In this document: in pieces, positions 53,857 to 64,000 of the stretch
Layout of the letters: every line of letters starts with the position of its first letter
Position numbering within the stretch: position 1 is the first letter of the stretch
From: Rhodothermales bacterium
Lineage (GTDB): Bacteria; Bacteroidota; Rhodothermia; Rhodothermales; UBA10348
DNA: 64,000 bases
Assembly (NCBI GenBank): GCA_024711125.1
Contig: JANJTM010000031.1
Coordinates: forward strand, 34,059 to 98,058
Direction: 5' to 3'
The notes under the pieces: generated by a model
The model's input: the letters and a program-made list of their open reading frames with translations, nothing else
Database searches by the model: none
Told to the model about the DNA's origin: nothing
Translations under genes and position numbers: made by a program

Positions 53857-53937
53857 GCGGGTCGGGGCCCGCCGGCGCTGCGTGAAGTCCGCGTCGCGAC
53901 GGGCGCGCGTAGTATCTTGCGGGACGATCTCCCCGCG

Positions 53938-54546
53938 ATGCCCGACGAGCACCCCATACCGATCCGTTCGAGCCTCGGCAAGTTCTGGACGCTGGCGAAC
54001 GTGCTGAGCATGTTCCGCCTGGTCATCGTGCTGCCGGCGGTCTGGCTGCTCTTCGTGGACGGACCCCTGTTCTGGGTCATGGCCCTCGTCCTGCTGGCGA
54101 TAGCGACCGACTACTTCGACGGCCGGGTCGCTCGCTGGTCCGACACGGTTTCGGCCTGGGGCAAGGTCCTGGATCCCCTCGCCGACAAGGTGGCCGGAGG
54201 GCTCGTGGTGCTGGCGCTTACCCTTCGAGGCTCGTTGCCGGCGTGGTTCCTCGCGCTCATCCTGGTGCGGGACGTGGTCATTTTCCTGGGCGGAATGGTG
54301 ATTCTCCGCATGACGACGCAGGTCCCGTCGAGCCTCTGGTCGGGTAAGGTGGCCGTCACCGCCATCGCGATCACGGTGCTCGCGGCGATCCTGAAGGCCG
54401 ACCCGGAGGTGATGCGGTTCTGTCTGTACGCGACCACGGGCCTGCTCGGGTACTCCTTCCTCCGGTACGTCGTGCGATTCATCGCCCTCGCTTCACGCAG
54501 AATGGGCGGAACGGCAGGCCTGCCCCCGGCGTCGGAGGGCGGCTGA
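53938..54546 (+). CDS. CDP-alcohol phosphatidyltransferase family protein; an alternative TTG start lies at 53917
   Basis: ATDYFDGRVARWSDTVSAWGKVLDPLADKV matches the D(x)2DG(x)2AR...G(x)3D(x)3D motif. Confidence 0.75.
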   Translation: MPDEHPIPIRSSLGKFWTLANVLSMFRLVIVLPAVWLLFVDGPLFWVMALVLLAIATDYFDGRVARWSDTVSAWGKVLDPLADKVAGGLVVLALTLRGSLPAWFLALILVRDVVIFLGGMVILRMTTQVPSSLWSGKVAVTAIAITVLAAILKADPEVMRFCLYATTGLLGYSFLRYVVRFIALASRRMGGTAGLPPASEGG

Positions 54547-54562
54547 ACCACGCCGTCTCCCC

Positions 54563-55531
54563 ATGGGCATTTTCGACCGTTTCAAGAAGGAAGAGCGCCG
54601 AGAGGCCGAACAGGCCAGCCTGGAAGCAGGCCTGGAAAAGACTCGGACGAGCCTCTTCGGCAAGCTGAATCGATTGGTCCGCGGCAAGGACCAGGTCGAT
54701 GCCGAAGTGCTGGACGAGCTCGAGGAAGCGCTCGTGACGAGCGACGTGGGGGTCAAGACCACGGTCGAGATCATCCGCCGCGTGGAGGAGCGCGTGGCCA
54801 GGGACCGTTTCGTTTCGGCGGCCGAACTGCAGGGTCTCATCCGCGACGAAATAACCGGCCTGCTCCAGGCGCACGACCGCGGCCTTCCGGCCGATTTCGA
54901 CGCTCCGCTCCCGAACCGGCCGCACGTGATCATGGTCGTCGGCGTCAACGGAGTAGGCAAGACCACCTCGATCGGAAAGATCGCGTGGCACTACCGCGAG
55001 GCCGGCAAAAGCGTGCTGCTCGGCGCCGCCGACACCTTCCGCGCCGCCGCCACGGAGCAGTTGGACATCTGGGCCGACCGGGCCGGCGTCGAGATCGTCA
55101 AGCAGGGCCACGGGGCCGATCCTGCCGCGGTCGCCTTCGATACGCTCGCCGCGGCGAAGGCCCGCGATACGGAGGTCGTGATCATCGATACGGCCGGCCG
55201 CCTCCATACGAAGGGCGGCCTGATGGACGAGCTGTCGAAGGTCAAGCGGGTCATGGAACGGCAGATCCCTGACGCTCCCCACGAGGTGCTGCTCGTTCTC
55301 GATGCTTCGACCGGGCAGAACGCGATCCGGCAGGCCGAGGAGTTCACGAAGAGCGTCGAGGTTACCGGCCTCGTGCTCACGAAGCTCGACGGCACGGCCA
55401 AGGGCGGAATCGCGATCGGGATCTCGAACGAATTCCGCATCCCGGTGAAGTACATCGGGGTCGGGGAGCGCATCGAGGATCTCCAGGTCTTCGACCGGAG
55501 GAGGTTCGTCGACGCGCTCTTTCACGGCTGA
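54563..55531 (+). CDS. ftsY: Signal-recognition-particle receptor FtsY
   Basis: VGVNGVGKTTSIGKIA, DTFRAAATEQL, DTAGRLH and TKLDGTAKGG. Confidence 0.9.
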   Translation: MGIFDRFKKEERREAEQASLEAGLEKTRTSLFGKLNRLVRGKDQVDAEVLDELEEALVTSDVGVKTTVEIIRRVEERVARDRFVSAAELQGLIRDEITGLLQAHDRGLPADFDAPLPNRPHVIMVVGVNGVGKTTSIGKIAWHYREAGKSVLLGAADTFRAAATEQLDIWADRAGVEIVKQGHGADPAAVAFDTLAAAKARDTEVVIIDTAGRLHTKGGLMDELSKVKRVMERQIPDAPHEVLLVLDASTGQNAIRQAEEFTKSVEVTGLVLTKLDGTAKGGIAIGISNEFRIPVKYIGVGERIEDLQVFDRRRFVDALFHG

Positions 55532-55708
55532 CGGGCCGGACCGGGCCGATCGGGTACGCACGGTCCCGGTTCGAACGGCGGGCTCGACCGTTCAACGACG
55601 GCAATCGACCGTCCGATTCCGGGGGCTCCCCAACGGTCCGCCGGGAGTGCGATATTGGGCCGGTTGCCGGTTGGGACCATCCGCCGGGGCGTTTCGCAGC
55701 AGGAGGCC

Positions 55709-57091
55709 ATGACGCATCGCCATCGATCCATCCGAAGGACGTCTTTCCGCCCGTTGTCGCGGCGGTGGGCATTCGTTCTCATGGGCCTGGTCTGGATGCT
55801 TTCGCCGCCGCCCTCGGTCCGTTCGCAGCCCGCGGCCGCCGTCGTACCCGAGTTCGAAGTGGATGCCGTGGCGCGACGGGGACCCGGCGAATCGCTCGCC
55901 ACCCGGGTCGACGTGTACGTTCGCATCCCGTACGAGCGGTTGCGGTTCGTCAATTCGATATCGGGGTTCACGGCCGACTACCAGGTCACCGTGGAGGCTT
56001 TGGCCCGTGAAGGGGACCGGCTGACGAGCGTTCCGGTCGAGACCCGGGTCTGGGACGGCAGCGCGCGCGTGGTGGCGTTCCGGGATACCCGGGAGGCGAA
56101 AGCCTCTGCGTTCACGACCCAGTCGCTGGCCCTGCGCCCCGGGGTATACCAGTTGTCGGTGCAGGTCGAGGACCGGAACGCGGCGCAGACCTACGTGCGG
56201 GACCTCACGATCCGGGTGCGGGATTTCAACCGGCCCACCGCCATCAGCGACCTGACCCTGGTCGACGATTACGACCGGCAGACGCTCAATTTCGTGCCCC
56301 GGACAGACGGTGTCGTATCGACCGACGAAGAACGCTTCGAGGTGTTTTTCGAGGCCTATACGGGCAGGGCCGGCAGGTACCTGCTGCGGCACACCGTCAG
56401 CCGCCTGCAGCGCGACAACGGTCCGGAAACAGCCGGACTGTCCCGTGCGATCGTCTCGTCGGCGGGGGCCGAGGTGGTGGCCACCGGGACCGACGACGTC
56501 TCGCTCGGGTCGGGACTCAGCCAGCACGTCAGCCCCATCACGCTCGACGATCCGCGGGTCGGCTCGTACGTGCTCACGATGAGCATCGAGGACGGGACCG
56601 GAGCGGTGCTCGACGAGGCGTCGGTGGCGTTCTCGGTCCGCTGGTCGGGGCTCGAAGCCGCCACCCAGAACCTGGAGCTGGCGATCAGCCAGCTCGAGTA
56701 CATCGCCAAGAAGAAGGACATCGCGTACATCCTCGAGGCGCCCACCGAGTCGGAGCGATCGGCCCGGTTCCGCGCGTTCTGGGACCGCAGGGATCCCTCG
56801 CCCGGAACGCGGCGCAACGAGATGATGGAGGAGTACTACTACCGCGTCAACTATGCGAACCGCCGGTACGGCACCTCGGAGGACGGGTGGAAGACCGACC
56901 GGGGTTTCGTGATGGTGCGGTTCGGCGAGCCCGACTACATCGAGCGCAAGCCGCACTCCTTCGATTACGAGCCGTACGAGATCTGGGTCTACCAGCGGCT
57001 CGGCCGGCAGTTCGTTTTCGTCGACAAGACCGGTTTCGGGGACTACCAGTTGCTGGTACCCGTCTGGGACGAGCGCACGCGCCTGTACTGA
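55709..57091 (+). CDS. GWxTD-domain protein (secreted); an alternative TTG start lies at 55655
   Basis: The C-terminal region is RYGTSEDGWKTDRGFVMVRFGEPDYI...YEIWVY...FVFVDKTGFGDYQLL. AGGAGG lies just upstream of the ATG at 55709. Confidence 0.75.
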   Translation: MTHRHRSIRRTSFRPLSRRWAFVLMGLVWMLSPPPSVRSQPAAAVVPEFEVDAVARRGPGESLATRVDVYVRIPYERLRFVNSISGFTADYQVTVEALAREGDRLTSVPVETRVWDGSARVVAFRDTREAKASAFTTQSLALRPGVYQLSVQVEDRNAAQTYVRDLTIRVRDFNRPTAISDLTLVDDYDRQTLNFVPRTDGVVSTDEERFEVFFEAYTGRAGRYLLRHTVSRLQRDNGPETAGLSRAIVSSAGAEVVATGTDDVSLGSGLSQHVSPITLDDPRVGSYVLTMSIEDGTGAVLDEASVAFSVRWSGLEAATQNLELAISQLEYIAKKKDIAYILEAPTESERSARFRAFWDRRDPSPGTRRNEMMEEYYYRVNYANRRYGTSEDGWKTDRGFVMVRFGEPDYIERKPHSFDYEPYEIWVYQRLGRQFVFVDKTGFGDYQLLVPVWDERTRLY

Positions 57092-57145
57092 TCGGAACGC
57101 GCGGCCGCCGGCCGCGTCAGAACGGGCTGTCTCTCCCGTCGTCGC

Positions 57146-58075
57146 ATGCGCATCGTCTACATGGGCACGCCGGACTTCGCGGTCCCGTCGCTCGAAGCCC
57201 TGTCCGAAGCCGGCTATGCCCCGGTCGCGGTCGTGACCGGTCCCGACAAGCCCCGGGGGCGTGGGCTTCAGGTCACGCCGACTCCGGTCAAGGAGGCCGC
57301 CCTTCGTCTCGGCGTACCGACGATTCTCCAACCGGAATCGGTGAGGGACCCCGGCTTCGCGGCCGACGTCCGGGCCCTGGATGCCGACCTGATCGTGGTC
57401 GTGGCGTTCCGCATCCTTCCGCCGGAGGTGTTCTCCGAGGCGCGCTTCGGCGCGTTCAACCTCCACGGATCCCTGCTTCCCCGGTGGCGGGGCGCCGCGC
57501 CGATTCACCGTGCGGTCATGGCGGGGGACGTCGAAACCGGTGTGACGACGTTCTTCCTCAAGGAGCGCGTGGACACGGGCGACATGATCCTGCAGCGACG
57601 CCTTCCCATCGGACCGGACGATACCACCGGCGAGGTCTACGAACGGTTGATGCATCTCGGAGCGGACGTCGTGGTCGAGACGGTGCGCCTCGTCGAGTCG
57701 GGTACGGTGCGCGAGATACCGCAGGACGAACGACTGGCCTGTCCGGCACCGAAGGTCTTCCGCGAGGAGGCGGGCATCGACTGGACCCGTCCTGCGGGGA
57801 GCGTGCACGACTTCGTTCGCGGCCTTTCGCCCGTACCGTGCGCCTGGACGCGGTGGGCGCAGGGCGAACTCAAGATCTATCGGACGGCGCGTGTGACCTC
57901 ACCGCCGGCCGCACCACCGGGAACGGTCGTTTCGGTATCCGACGCCGTGATCGTGGCGTGCGGAGAGGGGGCCGTTCGCCTCGTCGAAGTCCAGCCCGAG
58001 GGCCGGCGCCGCATGGATGCCGATGCCTTCGTGCGCGGCTACCGGGTACGCCCCGGGGACCGTCTCGGGGCATGA
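57146..58075 (+). CDS. fmt: Methionyl-tRNA formyltransferase
   Basis: MRIVYMGTPDFAVPSL, FNLHGSLLPRWRGAAPIHRAVMAGD, and a C-terminal EVQPEGRRRM. Confidence 0.9.
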   Translation: MRIVYMGTPDFAVPSLEALSEAGYAPVAVVTGPDKPRGRGLQVTPTPVKEAALRLGVPTILQPESVRDPGFAADVRALDADLIVVVAFRILPPEVFSEARFGAFNLHGSLLPRWRGAAPIHRAVMAGDVETGVTTFFLKERVDTGDMILQRRLPIGPDDTTGEVYERLMHLGADVVVETVRLVESGTVREIPQDERLACPAPKVFREEAGIDWTRPAGSVHDFVRGLSPVPCAWTRWAQGELKIYRTARVTSPPAAPPGTVVSVSDAVIVACGEGAVRLVEVQPEGRRRMDADAFVRGYRVRPGDRLGA

Positions 58076-58259
58076 AGATTTCCCAAATCGATCCCCTCCG
58101 GTTGGGCGCAGTTGCATTGCTGGGCATAAGCCCATAGCCTGCAAGGTTGATTCCGCGTTTTTCCGCTTTTCGCCAGCTTTTGTGCCCATCCGGTTCCCGA
58201 CCGATTCCACGGCCACGCCGTCGTCTTTCGTCCAGCCGTTCCTGCACGCGCTGAACCGG

Positions 58260-59423
58260 ATGCGTGCGCAGGAAAGGCTCAGGCCGGACCAGCTGACCGA
58301 CCGGGCCCACGCGTTGCTCTACGAGCGCCTCGGACCCGCGCGCGAGCCGGCTGAAGCGGCTTTCGCGCACGGTGCGATCGGCCTCATGGCCGACCACACG
58401 CACTATTTCGACGGCTTCGCGCTGCTGCTTTCGCTTCCGCACGGGGCCGCGGTAGCCCTGCGCGCCTCGTCGTCAGGCGAGACCCGCATCGTCAGCGACC
58501 AGGTGCCGGGCATGGTCACGATCACCGCCGCGAGCGACCTGTCACGGTTGGCCGACCCGTGCGTGAGAGTCGCCGCCGAGTGCCTGAGACGGGTCATGGA
58601 CGACAACCTGCCGGTCGAGGCAGCCGTCGTGACGAACCTGCCCCCCGTCATCGGACCCGGCAGGGACGCAGCCGTCGCGGTCGCGACCACGCGCGCGGTG
58701 CTCGCGTTGCGGGCGCTCGCCATTTCGGCGGACGACCTCGTGACGAGCGAGGTGGACGCGCTCGAGGCGGCCACCGGCGCGGCATTCAGCAACGCCTACG
58801 TCCAGGCGGCGAGCATCATCGGAGACCACGCGTTCGTGCTCGTGGACACGGCAACCCTCGAGCGCATCACGATGGACGTGCCTCCCGCGGAACGTCCGGC
58901 CTGGGCCGTGCTCGGGACCTCGCCGGTTCGCGGACTGCGCGCGTACAGCGACCACACCCGCAAGGCTCGTGCGGAAGAGGCGCTGGCCGCCCTGCTAAAC
59001 GGCGGATTCGACGAACTCACGTCGTTCCGCGACCTGCAGCACAAGGACCTCGAGCGCGCGCTGACCGCCGCTCCCAGGCGCCTGCGCCCGGTGGTCCAAT
59101 ACCTCGTCACCGAAAACGCACGGGTGCAGCGAATGGTCACCGCCGTGCGCAAGCAGGATTGGCAGATGCTCGGCGCGCTGCTGCTGATGTCCCATTCGGC
59201 CAGGCGCAGCGAGTGGCGGGCGACCGTCGATCGGACCGATTTCCTCGTCGCCGAGGCGGAACAGATGGGCCTCGAAGGGATCTACGGGGCGTGCCAGCTC
59301 GGCGAACAGCCGCACGGTGTGCTCCTGATGGGCCTGCCGATCTCGGTCGTTCCGTTCCTCGATCGCCTCCGCGAGGGTTTCGCGGCCCGATTCCGCGAAG
59401 AACTCGACGTGTTCCTACCCTAA
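58260..59423 (+). CDS. Galactokinase-like GHMP-fold protein with all kinase motifs degenerate (probable pseudokinase)
   Basis: IGLMADHTHYFDGFAL replaces NLIGEHTDYNGGFVL, LPPVIGPGRDAAVAVA replaces P.GSGLSSSAA, and YLVTENARV...LMSHSARRSEW is retained. The first ATG after the fmt stop was used as start. Confidence 0.7.
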   Translation: MRAQERLRPDQLTDRAHALLYERLGPAREPAEAAFAHGAIGLMADHTHYFDGFALLLSLPHGAAVALRASSSGETRIVSDQVPGMVTITAASDLSRLADPCVRVAAECLRRVMDDNLPVEAAVVTNLPPVIGPGRDAAVAVATTRAVLALRALAISADDLVTSEVDALEAATGAAFSNAYVQAASIIGDHAFVLVDTATLERITMDVPPAERPAWAVLGTSPVRGLRAYSDHTRKARAEEALAALLNGGFDELTSFRDLQHKDLERALTAAPRRLRPVVQYLVTENARVQRMVTAVRKQDWQMLGALLLMSHSARRSEWRATVDRTDFLVAEAEQMGLEGIYGACQLGEQPHGVLLMGLPISVVPFLDRLREGFAARFREELDVFLP

Positions 59424-59439
59424 GCCCCGTACCCCATCC

Positions 59440-60435
<996 letters not shown>

Positions 60436-60439
60436 TCCG

Positions 60440-61459
60440 ATGGCCCGGAAACCCAGCCTCTTCAAGAAGGAGTCGATCCCGGTCTCGTTCATGGTGGACC
60501 AGCTCCGGGGCACGGTCGGCGTCGACCTTCGCTCGGTGAACGACGTCGATGCCTCGACCCGGCTGGTGACCGAGAGCAACCTGCACCGGCCCGGGCTCGC
60601 GCTGGCCGGCTACCTCGAGCTCTTCACGTTCCAGCGCGTCCAGATCCTGGGCAACACCGAGTGCCGCTTCCTGCGGCACCTCGACAAACAGGCTCGTCGC
60701 GAGGCATTCGCCAAGCTCGTCGCCTTCGCGATTCCGTGCATCGTGATGACCGAGTCGAACCAGCTCGGTGCGGAACAGGTGGCGCAGGCGACCGAAGCGG
60801 GTGTGCCCGTCTACGTCACGAAGATGCCCTCGACCGACTTCATGTCGGTCCTGCAGGACTTCCTGAACGACCAGTTCGCGGTTCAGCAGTCGATCCATGG
60901 GGCGCTGATCGACGTGTACGGCATCGGCCTGCTCATCATGGGCAAACCGGGAATCGGCAAGTCGGAAGTCGCCCTCGACCTCGTCGAGCGCGGCCACCGG
61001 CTGGTCGCCGACGACGTCGTCATCGTGACCAAGAAGCAGGAATCGGTGCTCATGGGCTCGGGCACCGACCTCGTGCAGCACTTCATGGAAATCCGCGGCC
61101 TCGGCCTCGTCGATGTGCGCGCCATGTTCGGCGTGCGGGCGATCCGCTTCCAGAAGCGCGTCGAGATGGTCATCAACCTGCACCCGTGGGACGGCCACAC
61201 CGAGTACACCCGGCTCGGCATGGTCGACGAGACCTACGACATCCTCGGCGTGCAGCTTCCGCTCGTCAAGCTGCCCATCACCCCGGGCAAGAACGTCACG
61301 GTGCTCTGCGAGGTGATCGCGATGAACCACCTGCTGCGCCACTACGGGTACGACCCGGCCGAGGTGTTCGCCAAGCGTCTGTCCGAGCGCATCGCGGCCA
61401 AGAAGGGGTCGCGTGACCCGGGGCGCGGGATCGAGTATTTCGAGCACGATTACGAGTAG
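60440..61459 (+). CDS. hprK: HPr kinase/phosphorylase, full-length two-domain form
   Basis: GIGLLIMGKPGIGKSEVALDLVERGHRLVADD and MEIRGLGLVDVRAMFG. The start lies 4 nt after the moxR stop. Confidence 0.9.
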   Translation: MARKPSLFKKESIPVSFMVDQLRGTVGVDLRSVNDVDASTRLVTESNLHRPGLALAGYLELFTFQRVQILGNTECRFLRHLDKQARREAFAKLVAFAIPCIVMTESNQLGAEQVAQATEAGVPVYVTKMPSTDFMSVLQDFLNDQFAVQQSIHGALIDVYGIGLLIMGKPGIGKSEVALDLVERGHRLVADDVVIVTKKQESVLMGSGTDLVQHFMEIRGLGLVDVRAMFGVRAIRFQKRVEMVINLHPWDGHTEYTRLGMVDETYDILGVQLPLVKLPITPGKNVTVLCEVIAMNHLLRHYGYDPAEVFAKRLSERIAAKKGSRDPGRGIEYFEHDYE

Positions 61460-61496
61460 GGGTTTCGAGGGGCCTACGCGTGGCGCTGACCAATCC

Positions 61497-61848
61497 GGGC
61501 GTTCTCCGCTTCGCGCCGCGTTGTGGATCCGGTCAGATCGGGCGATCGCGCGGCTCAGGGTCTCTTGGGGCCGGTCCGCGCCGCATCCTCGCCTCTTTGC
61601 AGCCTCTCGCCACTTCCACGCGGTAGTTCGATTCCTACCCTAAATGGAAGTTCGGCGCCGATTTGGAGGGTGTTCTGCTTCGATATTGGCCCCAAATGGA
61701 AGTTCGGCGCCGGTTTGGAGGGTGTTCAACTTCGATTTTGGCCCCAAATGGAAGTTCGGCGCCCTTCTGAAGGACGATTCAGCTCCGATCCGGCTCCGGC
61801 GATCAGGACGTGCCGGCCCGGGCGGCACCCGCAAGCGTGAACACGCCC
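61497..61848. repeat. Structured intergenic repeat element, copy 2 (left terminus degenerate)
   Basis: The right terminus GTGAACACGCCC is at 61837-61848. Positions 61772-61848 match 8412-8488 at 62/77 positions in an ungapped hand count. The left end GGGCGTTCTCCGC (61497-61509) resembles GGGCGTGTTCACACTCCGG with an internal deletion. Confidence 0.6.
61642..61763 (+). repeat. 52-nt tandem direct repeat, 2.3 copies, inside element copy 2
   Basis: Units 61642-61693 and 61694-61745 differ at 4 of 52 positions. A third partial unit (61746-61763) is identical for 18 nt. Confidence 0.9.
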
Positions 61849-61865
61849 TGACCCCTTCGCTTGCG

Positions 61866-64000
61866 TCACCCCAGCCTCCCCTCCGCGACCACCACCGCCC
61901 GCAGCGCCACCGGGCCCATCAGCCCCGACGGAAGCAGCTCCATCTCGGCGCGGAAGCGGTTCTTGATGTTCGTGCGGGCAAACTCGCCCGCGTCGGGATA
62001 GCGAAGGTCGCCGACGATGCGGTTGTGCCACACGTTCGTGACCCGGATTTCGAGTCGGTTCGTGCCGGCGTGGACCCTGTCGGTCACGTCCATCGTGTAG
62101 GGCGGGCACCAGAGAAGGCCCGTGGGCACGCCGTTGATGGCGACCTCGGCGACTTCCGCCACCCTTCCCAGGTCCAGCAATAGCACGCGGTTCGGGCCCA
62201 CGTGGTCGGCCGGCACGTCGATCGTGGTCTCGTAGACCGCCGTGCCCGAAAAGACGCGCGCGCCCTCGGGCTCCAGTTCGGTCCACGACCCCAGTGCGTC
62301 CAGGTCGATGCGATCGGGCGCTCCGCGTCCGGCCGGGAAGCGCAGGGTCCACGGACCCAAGATCGGAAGGTCGGGCGGAGGGGCCGGGGCGTCGAGCGTG
62401 GCCGAGCGTCCCCTGTTCGTCCGGACCGTGACGGAGCCACCCGTGCGGGCCTCGATGCGAACGCGCCCGGCCGAGCAGTCGAGGACTTCCAGGTCCGGGA
62501 CGACGAGGGCGGCTGCGCCGGTGTCGGAGCGCTCGATCCCGACCACGTGCTCCGTTTCGCTGTCGCGGGCAAACACCACGAAGATCGACGAGGCGGGCGC
62601 GAGGCGGATGGGAACGCGGGTCCGGCCGTCCTCGCGGCGGTAGACCGGGCAGGGCGTGACGCTTCCGTCCACCGGATTCCAGAAGGACGGCGCGGCGGCC
62701 TCGTCCACGCGGAACGAGCACTCGGCGTCCACGGGCTCGTCGGCGCTGTTGGTGACGAAGTAGACGTCCTCGTTTTCGGTGCGGCGGTGGATGTAGTCGA
62801 TCGCCGGCGAATCCGGGGATTCCACGGTGAAATCGGGCCGCACCACGAGGCTCCCCAGGATGCCGCGCAGGGGGACGTCCCCGTAGACACGGCCTTTTCC
62901 GACCGCACGCGGGATAGCCGGGTCTCCCGTCGGCCACATCCCGGATACGAGTTTCTGCACCTCGGCATCGCACTCCGGGTAGCCCTCGAGGCTGTTGGCG
63001 CGCTGCGGCGGGCGTCCGACGAGTGTCGCGCCCGCGCGCACCAGTTCGTCGAGGCGGCGCAGCACGGGCAGCGCGATGTCGTCCCGGTCGGGCATGACCA
63101 GGAAACGGTACTCCATGCCGCTCGACAGCGTGAGGAGCCCGTCCCGTACCCGCAGGTCGTTCAGGACGATGTCCCGGTTCACGTAGTCGTAGTCGTAGCC
63201 CGGCCCGAGGCTTTCGACGCGGTTGGGCATGGGGCGGCCGCAGTGCTGGCAGGTGCCCTCGGGGTGCCGCGGAACGACCTTCGGGTCGATCCGGCGCGAC
63301 GGGACGAGGCCCGGGGCGTCGTCTCCGTAGTAGAAGCACGCCTCCGCGACGAAGCGGCCCTGCCGAAGCAGGTGGCTGCACCGCGCGAGGTACTCGACCA
63401 TCGGACCGGCCTGGTCCCACCAGGTCGAGTTCACGTTGAAGTGCTCGCCCGCGTGGTAGGCGAACCCTAGCTTGCCGGCCTCGGGAGGGTTGTGGGCGAA
63501 CGTGTGGAAGACCCCCATCGTGAGGCCGGCGCAGAACGCGATGTCGTACAATCTCCGGTACTCGGCCGGGCCGTCCTTCCAGTGGCGCCAGCCCGTCAGG
63601 GCCTCGGCCGCGACGTCGGTGCGTCCGTAAATGTGCGCCGCGCTCGCGGCCTCCTTCGTGACCCAGAACTGGCTTCCATTCCAGAACTCGCCCATCGGGA
63701 TATGCGCGGAGCCGAGGGCCTGGAGCGGATCGACGCGCGGGTACCCCCCGTGTCCCGCCTCAGACAGCACCTTCATGCCCTGCCCCTCGAGCAGCGCACC
63801 CGACCGCGCGAAGTGGTTTCCGATCATCATGCGCGAGACGAGCACGCGGTAGTCGTGCAAGAACCGTTCGCGGACCTCCGGGGCGTGGATCGTCTTCCCG
63901 GCTATCTCGGGGAGGTACGGAACGGGGTCGTAGCCGAATTCCTTGCGGAAGAGCTCCTCGAACCCCGGAGTCCAGTCGGGGCGCTCCCACACCTCGAAGC
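61866..64000 (-). CDS. Large glycoside-hydrolase-like protein with a C-terminal galactose-binding-like (GH2-type sugar-binding) domain; the N-terminus is outside the window
   Basis: The frame is open to the window edge. The C-terminal FSGTAVYETTIDVP...VAINGVPTG...LEIRVTNVWHNRIVGD pattern matches jelly-roll sugar-binding domains. The CAZy family cannot be assigned by eye. Confidence 0.6.
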   Translation of the reverse strand, partial: FEVWERPDWTPGFEELFRKEFGYDPVPYLPEIAGKTIHAPEVRERFLHDYRVLVSRMMIGNHFARSGALLEGQGMKVLSEAGHGGYPRVDPLQALGSAHIPMGEFWNGSQFWVTKEAASAAHIYGRTDVAAEALTGWRHWKDGPAEYRRLYDIAFCAGLTMGVFHTFAHNPPEAGKLGFAYHAGEHFNVNSTWWDQAGPMVEYLARCSHLLRQGRFVAEACFYYGDDAPGLVPSRRIDPKVVPRHPEGTCQHCGRPMPNRVESLGPGYDYDYVNRDIVLNDLRVRDGLLTLSSGMEYRFLVMPDRDDIALPVLRRLDELVRAGATLVGRPPQRANSLEGYPECDAEVQKLVSGMWPTGDPAIPRAVGKGRVYGDVPLRGILGSLVVRPDFTVESPDSPAIDYIHRRTENEDVYFVTNSADEPVDAECSFRVDEAAAPSFWNPVDGSVTPCPVYRREDGRTRVPIRLAPASSIFVVFARDSETEHVVGIERSDTGAAALVVPDLEVLDCSAGRVRIEARTGGSVTVRTNRGRSATLDAPAPPPDLPILGPWTLRFPAGRGAPDRIDLDALGSWTELEPEGARVFSGTAVYETTIDVPADHVGPNRVLLLDLGRVAEVAEVAINGVPTGLLWCPPYTMDVTDRVHAGTNRLEIRVTNVWHNRIVGDLRYPDAGEFARTNIKNRFRAEMELLPSGLMGPVALRAVVVAEGRLG

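Noticed and set aside
58105-58150. Sigma-54 promoter (TGGGCATAAGCCCATAGCCTGCA) upstream of the pseudokinase gene.
   Set aside because: The GG and GC elements are mis-spaced and neither half matches the TGGCAC / TTGCW consensus.
61642-61770. CRISPR array.
   Set aside because: The period is only 52 nt and the entire unit, including the would-be spacers, is conserved. There are no cas genes, so this is a tandem duplication.

Overview
High-G+C (by eye roughly two-thirds G+C) chromosomal segment, probably from a T9SS-bearing FCB-group bacterium such as Rhodothermia or Gemmatimonadota. The lineage is inference, based on Por-type C-terminal sorting domains, a PorV/PorQ-like barrel, a GWxTD protein and a SusC-like receptor. 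I support about 50 CDS and no rRNA, tRNA or CRISPR. The first half is housekeeping: korB, rpmE, deoA, a PspA module, a crotonase, floA, moaC/moaA, dtd, rdgB, rpsU, a Kgd/OdhA-type sucA, rlmD, an Omp85 protein, an M23 peptidase, RidA, a PP2C phosphatase, NhaC, phhA, an alpha-glucan phosphorylase and prmC. Positions 33.0-53.9 kb are one co-directional starch/maltodextrin locus. It contains a LacI regulator with a perfect operator, a lipoprotein parvulin, a TonB-dependent receptor, a 1290-aa secreted protein, a PorV/PorQ-like barrel, a multi-CBM T9SS cargo, three GH13 enzymes and an MFS transporter. The tail carries ftsY, a GWxTD protein, fmt, a degenerate galactokinase homologue, moxR, hprK and a partial large glycoside hydrolase. 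Two things deserve a second look. (1) The receptor has no SusD partner and is instead followed by the 1290-aa CTD-bearing protein and the PorV-like barrel. (2) A structured intergenic repeat family I could not place in any family I know has three copies (7975-8488, 27103-27380, 61497-61848). They share the termini GCGTGTTCAC...GTGAACACGCCC, have the same orientation, and each ends 17-22 nt after the stop codon of a minus-strand gene. The many very long ORFs antisense to real genes are high-GC mirror artefacts.
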